This document shows, piece after piece, positions 24,735 to 39,020 of a stretch of DNA of 64,000 bases. The stretch is taken from NCBI GenBank assembly GCA_964234715.1, contig OZ174284.1. The stretch is one strand, 5' to 3'. The position numbers and the translations under genes are program-made. Each line of letters starts with the position of its first letter. Positions within the stretch are counted from its first letter, which is position 1. Origin of the DNA: Podarcis melisellensis (lineage: Eukaryota). The notes below the pieces were generated by a model. The model saw nothing but the letters and a program-made list of their open reading frames with translations, was not told where the DNA came from and searched no databases.

Positions 24735-27700
24735 CATAGTGAAGTTTAAATGGATCTAAATACAAGATCTACTGTTAACATATAGTAATTGACAATAAAT
24801 AAAGGAATAGCACAGCCAACTTCCATCTGTTTTGTCTGTGGCACACAAATTTTAGGAAAACTTTTCACGAAGAAACAAACACATTTGCAGAGTTTTGTGA
24901 ACAGAAAAAAACAAGAGTGCAACACATTAACAGGGTGGAACATTTAGAGTTAAAGCAGAACTTTTGAAGCATTTTAGAAAGCCACTATTTCAAAGAACAC
25001 ATTTATGGGATACACAATATCAGGACTCCCGGCGCCCACTTTTATTTATTTTTAAATCATTTCCCCTCCTCAAGTGTATAAATTGAGACATCATTATCAT
25101 TCCAGTCCTTCACATTCTTATTTTGCCATAGTAGTGAAATAAAGAAAACATTTAAACTCTGGTCAGATAAGATGCACACACATTTAGAAAATGCAATTAG
25201 GGAAATATGGAAATCTAGATGTTTCATCAAATGCTTGCTAAGGAGTCCTCTGTTCTTTTTGTGCACAATGACTGAACTAAAGAACTTCAGTCGCTGTGTA
25301 AGAACCATTGTTCCAGCCACAGCACTTATTAGAAACAGAGTCCAGACTGGCGTGGGAAATACCTATGTATTTGACATCACCCCTGTTTTGGAGAGAAATG
25401 GAGTGGAATAGAAAGTATAAGGAGATTTTACTGTTGCATTCTAATCAGCCATGATCTGTCTAATTTGTTTTGCTTCAGAAGATAAAACTAATATTCTTCT
25501 GGATAAAAGTAATTAACAAGCCAATAGTATCATGTTGAATATGGAATGGAACAGCAGACACTGTAAGTTTTGGGAGCATAGTACTGTACTGTATAACTTT
25601 TCGAATCATCAGAGAATACTTTATTTTATACTACGATGCTAACATAGGATAGGTTTTAACTAACGGTTCTGTTTCAAATTGGGAAGAATAAGATTATGAA
25701 ACTAAAACAAGACTTCAGTCGAGCTATTATCATCTGTATCACTGAATACAGGTTCTGCTATCTGTATTTCAATTTTAAAAGTGTCTTGGTTGGAATATAA
25801 CATTGTATTTTCTTAAGTTCTGTAAATTTATTACCAGTGATTGGAATATGGATAGTGTGCTACTAGTCGGCCATAGTAAGTATTTTATTTAACAAATGCA
25901 TTTGTTAATTTATACCATTTACTTATAGTAATCATATTTAATTTTTTTTATTTATACACACACATGGAAATATGCTTAGTTTTTATTGCCTTATACAAAT
26001 TGACTCAGTGTTTCTTTATGGTTCTTTCCTTCTGAAGTCGTGTATCAAACTAAATAGTTCTAGGTTGTCAAGCACTTTGGGGACTTAATGACTGGACCCA
26101 CCTGGATTAGTTGCATGCAGAGGTTTACGTACTGTAGTTTGTTTTATAGTTAGACATCTGACATGGAAAAAAAATGTGAAACTTATAAATATGGAAATGG
26201 AATAAGATACTGGCTCTTCTTCAGCCCATTAGCATCCTCTTCTTTATTTCCCTGCTTCCCCTTTCTCTGTGATTCTGTTAACCTCCATTTACCAAGTCTC
26301 TGCTTTCCTCTGCCTCATTTCAACTTTCCCGTTTTATGTTTCCCCCTATCCTTACCTCCATTTGCTTTGGGGGCCCTGCTCCATTTTCTTCCTGTTGTCT
26401 CCTGTGGAATAATAATGAGGCAGGTGCCAAACTTGGGTTTTCTACAACTTTATTAATCACAATCCTAGAATCACGAAATGATTTGATAGGTGGTGGCGGC
26501 AGGGATCTCTCTCTTTCTCTGCTCAACTTTATCTGAGAAACTGGGCTGGCTCTCCAGCAGCAGTTGTCCCTCAGGTGTCATGGCTTAAACTGTACAATTG
26601 TTAAGGCAGATTAAAAAGACATTATTAAATTTTTGAACAGTGCAAAATGTTACTAAAACCAGCATGAACTAGCATGGCCATGCCTGAAATCTAAACACAG
26701 ACTCAGTCTAACCTTTAAAAGCAGCAATAAAAAGGTCTTTAAAGTCCACTTAAAGATCTTGAGCAGTGGAACCTTCACATGGAACTGTGGGGCTAACTCT
26801 ATGGACGTCTCAAATAGTGCCGCAAATCTTTCAATCTTGAAATATTTTCAGTTTATGTGATTTGGAGAGCAGGAAGAAGGTGCTTCCAGCTATTTTAAAA
26901 TGTCTTAATCTTTTGCCTCTTGCATCCTTTTTATGAAAGGAACAAAATGAATAAACAATAGGGAGTCTATAAAACAAGGAAAAGACAAAACATACTAAAA
27001 CACTTTTTGCAGAGGTCTTTTTAATTGCATCAAATGCAACATCTAAGATGTTGGAACTCATCTGGGAACAATAAAAAAAATGTAAGTCAAACTACCCTAT
27101 TTGTCCTTTATCAGCATCATTGCTGAATTGTACCTTTCATTTTTAAAATAGCAACATAATTGAACAATTGTCAGTTTAAAGTTCCTGGATTCAAACTGAT
27201 TATACATAATAAAAATAACAAGCCATGACAAATAGGCAAATAGATTTCGATAATTCACTAAAGAATGTCTCTACCAAGCCTTTGTGGCGTATGTCTTGTT
27301 TGCAAGACAAATGCAGAGTTGAAATAACAACCCATGAATACCACTGGTGAAATGGCTATGTACACAAGGTGAATGCTAAAGCTTTTCCTTCTGAATGGAC
27401 CTTTTAATCTAGGCATTATCTAAACTCTGAAAAAGCCTTCAGTGGCCTTACATACAGATTAATGGGAAAAGCTGAGACCTAGAGTTGGGCTATTTGCAGA
27501 AAAAGTTTTAAAGATTTACTGATGGTTGACAAATGCCATTTAAGTTTCAAAGCCATCAATAACCTATTGAAAAAGATTTAAAGGGAAACCCTCCCACTAT
27601 AGAAAGAGACCTGACTCTGAAATATCTCAGCAGAAGCTCCTTCTCTCCGCCCCCCACCCCAAGCTTTCCCTACATACCCTCCACTGACTTTCTTTGCTAT

Positions 27701-28388
27701 TTGGAACCCTTGAAACAAGTGACCTTGGAAAAGAGGAGGTAAGGCCCCTTTTAGAGACATTTGTATATAACTGATTGTGCCAAACTGCTATTGTGCAGGC
27801 ATGAGAATTAAACAGAACTGTTTCCAGAAAAGTCTCTGGGATCATGGACAGGCTTTCAATAGCCTTTCTGCTAATAGTTTTTTAATGTGGGAGATGGGAG
27901 TGGCGGAATAAATTTTGTCAAGAATTTTGTCAAATCTGAAACCTTGTCCAAAACCTTTATCTTAACCTGTGTGAAGTTTGAGAAGCTTGTTTTTCTTTCA
28001 ACTTTCTTAACAGCTAGTCAAACTCCAATTTATATGTATGTGGTATATGCCCTTTGCAGATGCATTTCTGCAAATATGACCCATACAAACAAGTTGTTAA
28101 CATTTTGGTGCAGAAAAGCAATTACAAGTCATTCATAAATTCATTTTTAAAAAACTTTTGCTCTTGTGAGTTGTATGGAGAATAAAAAATATAATTAATT
28201 TAATACTACCAGGGGATATTGAGATAAGTATTAATTCATGTTTCTGATTATCTTTATTACAGTATGGCTAGGTTTCAGCATTGTAATAGCCTTGGTTGCT
28301 TTTATGGATGTGTTACGCACAACCCCAGTCTGTAAGCAGTGAGAGGCTTCAGAGGTTCCTATATTGACCCAGGGTAGTGTGGTCAAAA

Positions 28389-28741
28389 GGGACACAGGTG
28401 GTGCTGTGGGTTAAACCACAGAGCCTAGGACTTGTCGATCACTAGGTTGGCGGTTTGAATCCCCGCGACGGGGTGAGCTCCCGTTGCTCGGTCCCTGCTC
28501 CTGCCAACCTAGCAGTTCGAAAGCACGTCAAAGTGCAAGTAGATAAATAGGTACCGCTCCAGCGGGAAGGTAAATGGTGTTTCCGTGCGATGTTCTGGTT
28601 CGTCAGAAGCGGCTTAGTCATGCTGGCCACATGACCCGGAAGCTGTACGCCGGCTCCCTCGGCCAATAAAGCAAGATGAGCACCACAACCCCAGAGTCAG
28701 CCACAACTGGACCTAATGGTTAGGGGTCCCTTTACCTTTAC
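28389..28741 (+). mobile_element. Full-length Sauria SINE
   Basis: gggacacaggtggtgctgtgggttaaacc head; ggggtccctttacctttac tail; 10-bp TSD tgtggtcaaa (28378-28387, 28742-28751). Confidence 0.92.
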
Positions 28742-30044
28742 TGTGGTCAAAGATACTGTGGTATCTTTAGGATATATAGCTTTAGTTGCGCACGCGCACA
28801 CACACATATAACCTGAGCAAAGGATGGAGGAGCTCACAGTTTTACCACTCCAACAGATCTTATTTCCCCATTCTGTTTCCAGGGGAGCACCAAATCTAGC
28901 ACATAGCAAGACAAGTCACTGTCTCTCCAGCTTCCAGCCAAACTCTCACAACTTTCAGATACACCTCCCCTCTAGGCCTGTTGTTCTCCATCCTGGATGA
29001 CATGGCACCAGCCAGGTGAGGTAGGAAAAGGCCCATCATTGGTTTCTCCTATTCTCATTTTCCCCTTTTCCCTAACTGCCTGCCTCTCCCTCATTCTCAC
29101 CTCTTAAGTTCATAGTAGCACCAATCTCCTGGTCTCATATTGTTTATTGCTCAACAGCAGTGGTCTAGCAGTACAGTCTACCCTCTCTGTAAATGTGTGC
29201 AACTGGCTCTTGATACTACCAGACTTTTGCTGAACAGCCTTACCCTGGCAATAGTATCCTGTGCGAGAAGACAGGTAGGGTATTTGGAGGTATTCCAAGG
29301 ATCGGTGTAATCAGAAGCTGCTGGTATCTATCCAAACCCTATTGTACTGTCCATTTTGTGTGGACAGGATCACCCCCGGTCTGTAATGTAAATAATAATA
29401 TTGGAAACATTAGATTTAATGAAAACCAGTCGCTTCATCATCTTTTCCCATTACTATAAGGTAATTGTTTGATATTTATATCTTGCAAACTATTAGCCAA
29501 AAATCTGAATTGGGGGGGGGAGTTGAAGCTGCCCTGATAATATATTGCTCACCACACTGAATTTTCTAGAGTGATGGCATTGTGTCAGTATAGTTAATAT
29601 GCTTAGAATACCCCTACCACTGAAAATAAAAAGTCAACTAGTTGCTTGATTGATTCACCATTATATATATATAATCTGACCCTTCAGTTTCACTTTCTTC
29701 AGCTCTCTGGTTATTTGGTCACTCCTACGCCCTCTCAGTAGAAAATGGAAAAAATATATCCTGAAAAGATTAGCTATCCATGTCTGAGGATGCACTATAG
29801 CCACATCAATATTGCTTTAAAATATGCTGCACTAAGCTCCTGGGAGGATGCATGCAATAAAAGTAATACATAAATAAAATGTATTATGCAGGAAGGTTCA
29901 CCTATAAAGCTAAAGCATGGTTTAGTGTTATGGACACAAGCAGGGGTGCTGCCATGATTTTTTGGGCTCAGTATGTGGATTAGGCACTCAGAAAATAAGA
30001 CATATATTTGCATAAAAATTGCATATACTTTGTCATATGGTGTA

Positions 30045-30287
30045 GAGCCAGCGTGGTGTAGTGGTTAAGAGCAGTGGACTCGTAATCTGGTGAACCGGGT
30101 TCGCGTCTCCGCTCCTCCAGTGCAGCTGCTGGGTGACCTTGGGCTAGTCACACTTCTCTGAAGCCTCTCAGCCTCACTCACCTCTCAGAGTGTTTGTTGT
30201 GGGGGAGGAAGGGAAAGGAGATTGTTAGCCGCTTTGAGACTCCTTAGGCTAGTGATAAAGCGGGATATCAAATCCAAACTCCTCTTC
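30045..30287 (+). mobile_element. Young tRNA-derived CORE SINE (Squam3-like)
   Basis: A box tggtgtagtgg, B box-like gggttcgcgtctcc, core gggtgaccttgggctagtcac, L2-like end gccgctttgag..aagcgggata; CpGs retained. Confidence 0.8.
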
Positions 30288-30494
30288 ATATTCAAATTTG
30301 TGCCGTCTTTGGCAGAGGGCCAAAGGCACATTGGGAGCTACATACAAGTAATAGATGTCTAACAGAATGCAAACATATGAAGCATTCCCCATAATCATTT
30401 TTCAGTACTAGAAAGGGTTTACTCTGTTAAATTTCTGCCTACCCCACAGCTGCTAAAGGCAGAAGACCACATTGCATTTGTACTAGTGCAAACC

Positions 30495-30612
30495 AATCGA
30501 TAAGAGATTCTTAATCTCAGGGTCATGGATTTGAGGCAAAAGATTCCTGCACTGAAGGGGGATTGGACTACTAGATGACCTCTGGGATCCCTCCCACCTC
30601 TGCAATCCTATA
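30495..30612 (+). mobile_element. SINE with tRNA-Lys(CTT)-derived head and CR1-type tail (degenerate)
   Basis: gagattCTTaatctcagggtcatgg matches the tRNA-Lys anticodon arm TGAGACTCTTAATCTCAGGGTCGTGG; tail attcctgcactg..gggggattggacta..gatgacc..ggatccctccca. Confidence 0.7.
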
Positions 30613-31923
30613 GTTAACATAAATCATGGGTTGCAAACCAATTTCATCTACAAGGTTTCGACCTATCATTACAACCACAAGTAGGGGCAGCCTTTGCAGA
30701 TATAGCACTGCACCATATTCACTGCTGAAAGAATAAGGGACGATTTTATGCAGGATAGAAACAAAGAATTCAGAACCCTGAGTCCCTTTCCTTGATTTCT
30801 TAACTATGGCTAAGAGAAGTGTTACATCTGCACCAGGTTAATGTGGGTAAAATGCTATGAGAATAGCAGAAAGGAACATACAATACTAGTCAGGCACCTG
30901 CGATGGTGCCCACGGCATCAGGACCCTGGAGAGTACACAATAAACCAGACAAAGTTAAAGCTAGCAAGTGAGGCTAAGAGCGAAACTACATGTTATAACA
31001 ACAATCCTTTTTTTTAAAAAAAAAGTATACATAGACTATGTTTTATTTTGAAGAAAAAACTTGCTTGGAGCCCTGATCTGGTGTATATTTCCCTGCTGAA
31101 AGCTATTTGTCCCCTAAAGGTGTAACAGCATATTTAGGGCAAATTGGAGTGCAGGGCAGGGAACCAGACTGGGGACATGTTCTGGACTGACACCCAAAAT
31201 CTGCTTGTTATTCACAGTAAAAGTAGCCAGTTTAAGTACACTTAGCAAAAAAAAAAAAAGCTTTGTCATCATGTAGCTCAGCCCTTGAGTAGCTCAGAGT
31301 GTTGCTGCACTAGTCAGAAGCCTACTGAATGGTGATATCAGGTGTGAGTACTTTGGACCCAGCTTCCTAATGGAGGTCACCTCCCAGTCGAGGAGGATAG
31401 CACTGAGTTTCTGAGGGCTGCGCTACAGCAGTGCTGGAAAGCCTCCTGATCTCCACCACTTCTAGGACGTGTGTGTTGGTGAAGGCCAGATGCCAGAAGT
31501 TAAGGGAACTTCCAAAGAAGAAGAATCTTCTCTGAGAATGACAACTGGTGATGGGAGAAAGTCTGGTCCTTAGGGGAAGATGGGGCGGGCTTAAGTAGTT
31601 CAGCGTCCAACCATAGCAGGATGCAAGTTCATGCATGAGGCCAGATGCCAGGACTTCGCCTTCCCAAATTGGTTCCAAAGGCCACCCACAGCCAACTTGG
31701 GGCACAGCAGCAGTGAGATTGTGACAGTTGTTCCCAGGTGTGATTTTTGCAACTGGGGTTTGGTTTTTTTACCTTAGCCCTATCTGATTTATATATAAAA
31801 ATTTGCAAACTGGACACTAATTCCTTAGGTACATATCAATATTGGTCATAGTACAAATTTGTAGGATCTTTGTTTTTGCAGAAATTGGCCCTATTCAGAA
31901 CATTTCCCTTCAAAAGTGTAGTA

Positions 31924-32165
31924 CAGTGGTACCTCAGGTTACATACGCTTCAGGTTACATATGCTTCAGGTTAAAGACTCCACTAACCCAGAAATGGTGT
32001 TTCAGGTTAAGAACTTTGCTTCAGGATGAGAACAGAAATCGGGCTCCGGAGGCGCGGCAGCAGCAGAAGGCCCCATTAGCTAAAGTGGTGCTTCAGGTTA
32101 AGAACAGTTTCAGGTTAAGTATGGACCTCCGGAATGAATTAAGTACTTAACCCGAGGTACCACTG
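31924..32165. mobile_element. Tc1/mariner MITE, family B (242 bp)
   Basis: ta|cagtggtacctcaggtta ... taacccgaggtaccactg|ta; same length and sequence family as 39838-40079. Confidence 0.9.
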
Positions 32166-33369
32166 TATTCATTTTAAAAAGCACTGTTGCTGGTATATGT
32201 ACAAAATACGTCATCACCCAAAGGCTTTATCTTATTGTCCATTAAAATATAATTAATTTGACTGGGATTTCATTTGCTGTACTTTTGTTCCTTTGCCAAA
32301 GAAAATCTTTTGTTCCTTTGCCAAAACAAAGGGGGTAGTAACCAACTACTGAAGAGAAAGAAAGGCATGATTAAATATTACAACAAAAGAGGGAATTTAA
32401 TAACTACTCTGGTGTTGTTTAATAAATTAGCTTTTGAAGTGACTGCTAAACAACACATTGAGTTGAAAAAGGGTAATTGTTAATATTTCTTAACAATAAA
32501 AACTGTCATTTATTTCCAAATTTGCCCTGTGTAACTGTATGCTGTCAAATGAATAGCTGTAAACTAGTAAAAATGTGTTTCTGCATTAAAATGTTGGCTA
32601 AAAACAGTGTTAGCCTCTGGTGAGAATAATCAGCATGATAAGAACTTAAAATGCACACCCAGAACACCTGCTTAAAATAACATTTCCCACAAAATGAAAG
32701 ATGTTCTGTACTAAGTATCATTTGCTGCCACGTCTACAACCTGAGTCAGCTGAAGCAAAATGTTATAAGTCTGAGGTTGACTTCCTCCAAGACAATCAGT
32801 GGCTCAAACTTGTGTTCCGCTGTAGCTGGATTACGGCGCACACTGTTAGTGTATCAGGACAATTGTCACTTTCTTAAAAATAAAAATGGCGATTAGAACA
32901 ATTGTTTGTATTTTATATATGCTGATTTTGGTTGTAGCAATACTTATGCTACTAGTACACTTCTTAATTTTGTCTTTTCTTTAAAAAAGTGTTGCTGTTT
33001 GATCTTTTTATTCTTTATTGTTCATTTAACGTTTTTTATTGGTTTTGATCTGTTGCGCACAGTCTTGGTGGTTTGCAGAAAGGTGATATAGAAATATAAT
33101 AAAATAAGTGAGGTATACAAGTGGGACCTGCAAAATGTGATGCTTAGTAGAGTGCTGCTGTTCAGGGTTCAAGCCAGTCAGCCATGCGTTGTTCTACAAT
33201 ACTCCATTCCATTCTCCCCTTCAATGGAGTATTTTCTGTTTTCCCACCCGCAACCCAACCCCACTTCAAGCAATCAGTCAGCATTCCGCGGCCACTGAGA
33301 ATGATCAGCCTTCACTGGACTGCTTGGGGGGGGACGGTTCTCCCTTCACTTCTTCCGGCATCCGTGAAA

Positions 33370-33372
<3 letters not shown>

Positions 33373-33444
<72 letters not shown>
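33373..33444. repeat. Compound (CT)n(GT)n microsatellite
   Basis: Directly visible. Confidence 0.95.
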
Positions 33445-33446
<2 letters not shown>

Positions 33447-34439
33447 TACTGTTGATGTTTCAAATTGCTTCAGGATGCTTTATGGGAAGTGATTCGTTAA
33501 AAAAATAAATAACATGTGCACAGGTCCATTTGCTTGGATAGATCCCATTCACATGGGGCTTGTGCAGGAAAGCCCCACAGTGGGCACAAACCTTTTTAAT
33601 GTATTGTACAGCTCCCATGTATTTTAGTGGAGCCTTCCCAGTGAAGCCACGGTAATTACCCTGTACTAGCATGAGGAGGAAACAGGCTTTTTAAAAGTAT
33701 AATTAAGTGGAATACTGCATAAAACTCAGGTTGATGTGACTTAGGAAAACCTGTTGGTTTCCTGTGCCAGGAACTACTGTGGAACCCCACCAGGAAGTGT
33801 GCTACAAGCAGGATCAGATTGCACCCTTGTTTTGTGGTTCATTTCACTTATTTAATGCAACTTGAGAATCTGCAAAGGCAGCCCATTAAAAAGAGAAATG
33901 GGCTTTCTGTGAGTCAAAATATTTGCTATTATAGTATTACGGCAGTAATATAGGGCAAATTCCTTTGTTTTGCAATCTACAACTAACAAGAGTGAAATAC
34001 AGGTTACTACATTGTTTTAAAGTGCATTTAAATATTGTTTTATCATATTGCAGTTTTTCTACCATAGGAATCAATTTTCCTGTAAGAAAGCAAGAAGCAA
34101 CCTGATTGTGCCAACTATTTTAATTTCTTACTGTGGTGTATTGAAATCGGTAGCTTAATAATAAGAAAAGGCAACCAAAAATATGTGGTAGTAGTTTTAA
34201 AAATTATATTTAATAAACCACATCTGCTGTTCTAAAACCATTTGCTTCAAAGCAATTCCATAGAATTTTGTGGGATCATCTGGAATAAATGGCTTAAATA
34301 CTTCTGGTTAGTTCATCTGACTTTGAAAGGGACCTATTTTTGTTTGTTGTTTTGTTAATGTGCTACTTTAAAATGTATGAACAGCTGTGTACTGCAGTTA
34401 TGTATCCTGTATTAAGACTCTGTCTCTTTCCTTCCTCAG

Positions 34440-34511
34440 CGATCTCAGTATGAACAACATCACTAGACTGTCCTCAAACTCGCTGCACAGTCTCCGCTTC
34501 CTGGAAGAGCT
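34440..34511 (+). CDS. LGR5: LGR5 coding exon 2 (72 nt, one LRR)
   Basis: Polypyrimidine tract + cag acceptor; (L)DLSMNNITRLSSNSLHSLRFLEE(L); donor gtacgt; in frame with exon 1. Confidence 0.95.
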
Positions 34512-37500
34512 GTACGTATCTTTGTATCCTTGACTGACATAGTTGAGAGAACATTCTTAGGCACTTCTCTGGGAACCAGATAACACAGCACAGAAAAAGC
34601 TGTGAGCTCTGACACGTTTGGCACATGCGGAAACACTTAGCTGGAAAAAACACACACCAATTGCTTGTGATTCTAGAAATACACTTACCAAAAAAAACCC
34701 ACCCTAAACGAGTTACCACGAGGCTACAACTTTTCTAAGCAGAGACAGGGCTATAGAAATTAATTTTTTTAAGGGTTGTTTAAAAGAGCCGGATTGCTTT
34801 TTGGAAATAGTTAAGCAGCAGGATATTAAAAGTTTGAATACCAGCTCATGTTTATTAAAATAGTAAGTGAAGTTATAATCAAAACCAAAACCTGCTGTCT
34901 GGTTCTGCCTGTGTCAAGGACACTTGCATTCACATTTCATGGTACTAAGTCGTCTTGTTGTAATCACTTTTAATTACTGTTTCCTTACTCTTTAGCTTTT
35001 AGCATCCCTCAAGGCTGGCTATGAAACACAGAACCCTGCATAGCTTAATTTGTTCTATTTGGTGTTTTCTGTTGTTGTTTTTTTAAAGAAAAAACACTAT
35101 GCTATAAAAACTAGTTAATCAAACACAGGATCAGAAGTGGAATGTTGATTAGTAGTGATGATGGCCAGCCAGAAGAAGAAACCACTCTATGCACATAAGA
35201 CTATATGTAACAAAGTGACCACAAAACTAAGAATTTGAAAATGCTTTGGATTTGCATTCTTCACATCAACAGTAACTCAAGGCACAGGTATCCTGGTGAG
35301 GTTCACTAAAAGCAAAGTGTTTGTACCTCTGCTTCTTCCCTCTGATACTCACTTGTGGCATCTAATTAGTGGCAAGCCACAAAAACCCACATATCATGGA
35401 CAGCTGCAGCTTTGTTTATGCAAATCAATGCATCACTTCCTCTTCCTGAATACCCAGAGTTTACCTGACTTAGTAGTGTCATGCAATATGAGCTACTGTC
35501 TATAATCATGGGGGCAAGGGGGGTCGTATCTAGGGATCTTGCTCCAAATGTGAGACCTGATCAGTTGATACTGGGATGGCCTCATTATAACACACTTTCT
35601 GTCTAGAAAAGGGTCCAGACTTGCACTGGGATGCATAATACCGCTTCGTGTGAGGACGTCCTGATGGGAATCCTAAGCTATTGACTGCAGCATCAGTGCT
35701 CTGAATGCCCAGTGCATTGTTCTGTTTTACAGTCTCGCCATCCAGTCTCCTACAACTGCCTATGACTGAGTGAATTACACAAACTATGTAGAACCTGCAG
35801 TCACTTGATTGCTTTTACATCTCTAAAGGAGAAAGCCAGAAGGCTGCTGGGGCTAGTTACAGCATCATTGAATAAGACATATCTAGTTTCCTTTCTAAGA
35901 CTGAAAAATTGGGCTTTGCAAACAAAAGCAGTGTGGGCAAAGCTCCAAGCAGTTTTTAGTACACTGCTCAACAACTTTACAGCAGGTGCCCTTAGCAGAA
36001 TAATGCACAGATAAGTTCACTTGGGTTGTCTGTTTTGTTCCCCCTCTCCCTTTCAACAGAATGATTTGAGAATTAGTTTCGGGTGACAACCATTTTGCCA
36101 ACCAAGTGACAAAGCTGCCTTAAAAGTTAGCTCTGTCTCAGTCACAGGTACAAACCAACAAACTAAGCCTCATGCCTTTTTTTAATGACGAATATGTGTG
36201 ACTCCTGTGTGATTTCAGTTTTGTTAATCTATTGGTGGGGGTGGGGCGCATTAGTGAGAACAATCTTTCCAGGACTATTCGGTAATTCCATAATGAAGTA
36301 CAAAGTCACAGCACAAGTGTTAAAGAATGCAATTACAATTTTCAGAACAAAAATGCTAGCTTTTTAACAGTAGAGATCGAACAATTACACTGTGCCTGAA
36401 GCAGTAGCATCAGATGGCATTTGCAGCCACTTAAAGAGGGCATTCAGCCTCTTGTGTGCCCATGCACGCAGCACTGCAAAACTTCTGCAGTTTTGCAGTT
36501 CCTTTCCAGCTTTTATCCAGTATGGACATTAGCTGGTTGTTTTTCAAGGGGGCGAGTAGAAATCTTTTGCATGTCAGCTGGTTGGCTTTGCTGGCTGGTT
36601 TATTTCACCTGTTCTGTATTGGGTTTCTGGCAGATGTCCTTATCGGATGGTTGCTTTTAAATAGGTTAATTGGCAACATTGGCAGGTAGGTTCCGGAAGT
36701 TAACAGGCAGTTAAGGTTCAGTGACCACTCTTGGGTACCTTTAAAGGTGAAGGGAGTGCCTGAGTAACTGTGTAGTGCAGTGATGTAAATAAACTTTGGA
36801 AAACAGGCAACATCACAAAGATTGACTTTTCTGACCACACCCTCCAGAGCAGAATTGGGGTATGTGTAGAGGGTTTCAGGGAGGAGGGGAAAGAAGGTGA
36901 AGTCCTATCTCACCAGCTGAAGTCATTCTGCTGGTGTGCAGATACCACTGGAAGTTGCCCAATTCGTATTATAATCCTGTATAGGAAGGGACATGCATAG
37001 TAAAGATTATAATAGTTGTATTCAAAGTACAGTATAGTAGCTTGTATGATCAGACATGCATGCCTCCAGGTTGGCAAACAGCCAGTGACACATAATAAAT
37101 TCCACCATCACAAGACAGGATTGGTATGAAGTAAGAACAATATTAGTTAAAATAGAAAAGCCCTGCTCAGCAGAACACAGCATTTTTAAATTGATGTATT
37201 TTCTCATATAACTATTTGGGTTAATAGCCAAAAAGTAATTTTTTTTCTTAGTTTCGTGCATGCGCTTTTTCTGACAGGATTATTCCAGCAACAATACCTA
37301 TTATAAAAGCTAACTATTTTCAAAGGAATAATAAACTGGGTATCCAAATGCATTTGAATTCTCATGCATACGGTTGTTCAGACAGCTGTAAAGTCTGACT
37401 CAGCCTCTTCAGTGGCCTGTCCTTTAGTTAATTTAACCAAGGTTCCTGTTTACAGTCCATTTGCTCCTCCGTTGTCTTACATGAGATGCAGCCAAGCAAA

Positions 37501-37769
37501 TAAAATGCAGGTTATGGTTTAGATTTCTGTCATGTTGCCTATTTAAAAATGGAAGCATTGCTTCAGTTTGGACATGCTGAAGCATTCATAGCAATAGTTT
37601 TCCGCTGCTGCTAGTATAGCACTTTGGGGAACAATGTTGCCACTACCCAACCGTTAAAAATCAATAGAATTTATTATATTTTCAACTTGTAGAAGTTGTG
37701 TTAGTCAGAGTGGCTATCCTGATTATACAAAAACGGAGGCAACTTGGGAATTTGCATGGTTTTGAAATT

Positions 37770-38310
37770 GCGTATATTGTTTGTTTCATAAAATTTATAC
37801 ACCGCTTGATTAAAAAAAATAGTGTGGTTTACAAAAAGGTAAAACAATTAAAAAATAAAAAGTACAACCCTACTTTTAAACACACAGAAGTTAAAATACT
37901 AAAACGTATTAAAATTCACTCAACTTCCTAAGCATTTGGGTAGCTTGTTGAAAACAATAATCTTTCTAGCATGTGCAAAAAAGAATACAGTGAAGGCACC
38001 TGCTTGATCTCAATGGGCAGTGAGTTCCAACATTCAGGTGCTGTCACAATAAACAACTGAGTTCTTACGAAGGTGGAACTGGTATTATGTGGCACCTATA
38101 GTGGTGCCAATTACACTGATTGATGCAGTCAAGTGAGCGCATGTGGGGTAAAGCGATCTCGTAGGTAAACTGGTCCCAAGTTGTTAAGGGCTTTATATGC
38201 CAATAGTAACACCTGGAGCTTGGCCCGGTAGCAAATCTGTGCAGATCTTTGAGCACAAGTGTTATATGCTTGCAAGGGCTCACTTCCACTAGCAATTGTT
38301 CTGCAGCATA
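37770..38310 (-). mobile_element. L2 LINE 3' region
   Basis: Minus-strand HITLVLKDLH (L2 HITPxLxxLHW motif, ORF 38065..38313) followed by an A/T-rich 3' UTR. Confidence 0.7.
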
Positions 38311-38471
38311 CATTTATAATGGTTGTATGTGTTTGGGTTGGTTTGTTTTAAATAAATCTGCAAACAACCCTGTACCCTGAAAGGTATGTTAGAAATGGGT
38401 TTGTCTACTTATAGAGTATAAGAAAAAACTGTTCCTTTTCCCTTATGTAGGTTCTCTATTGGTTAGGAGAA

Positions 38472-39020
38472 AGTAACAGAGGCCAACCAGAGAATATTGA
38501 GAAGCAAAGCAGCTAGTAAGCCTGATCTTTATTAAAGTGTTGCAACAGGGTGCTCACCCCACCATGCAGGAGGGAGGAGGAACCCAGAACATTAGTGTGC
38601 AAGCCCTTATATAGATTTTTGAAATTGCCACCCTATAGCTCAAGGCCACCCCACAATACATCATACATACATCATAGAAGGGGCGGTCTACAGCAGAATC
38701 CTGTCTGGCAGGAAACCTGTTAATGGGTTTACCTGGACAGCCTGGCCATTCTTTTGTGATGATAAATACTTAATTCCTGAGTCCAGATCACAGGCTCACC
38801 CTATTCAGACCCAATTGTGCACATAATGCAGGATTTGTGAGCACAGAGGCAATGGGGAGGCTTTTCCCATTTCCATCCAGACTGCAGAGGAATATTTGAG
38901 GTCACTGAATAGTCAAAATGGCTTTAGGGCTCTTTTCCTGTACTGTTTCAGACACATGGGTTATATATTTATGTATGTCTTTGCCTGGTATATTTATGAA
39001 CATTTATTTTATATCTTAGA
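38472..39020 (-). mobile_element. Possible solo LTR
   Basis: On the minus strand TATATAA (38607-38613) lies about 75 nt upstream of AATAAA (38528-38533), the U3-R-U5 order. Termini and TSD not clean. Confidence 0.35.
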
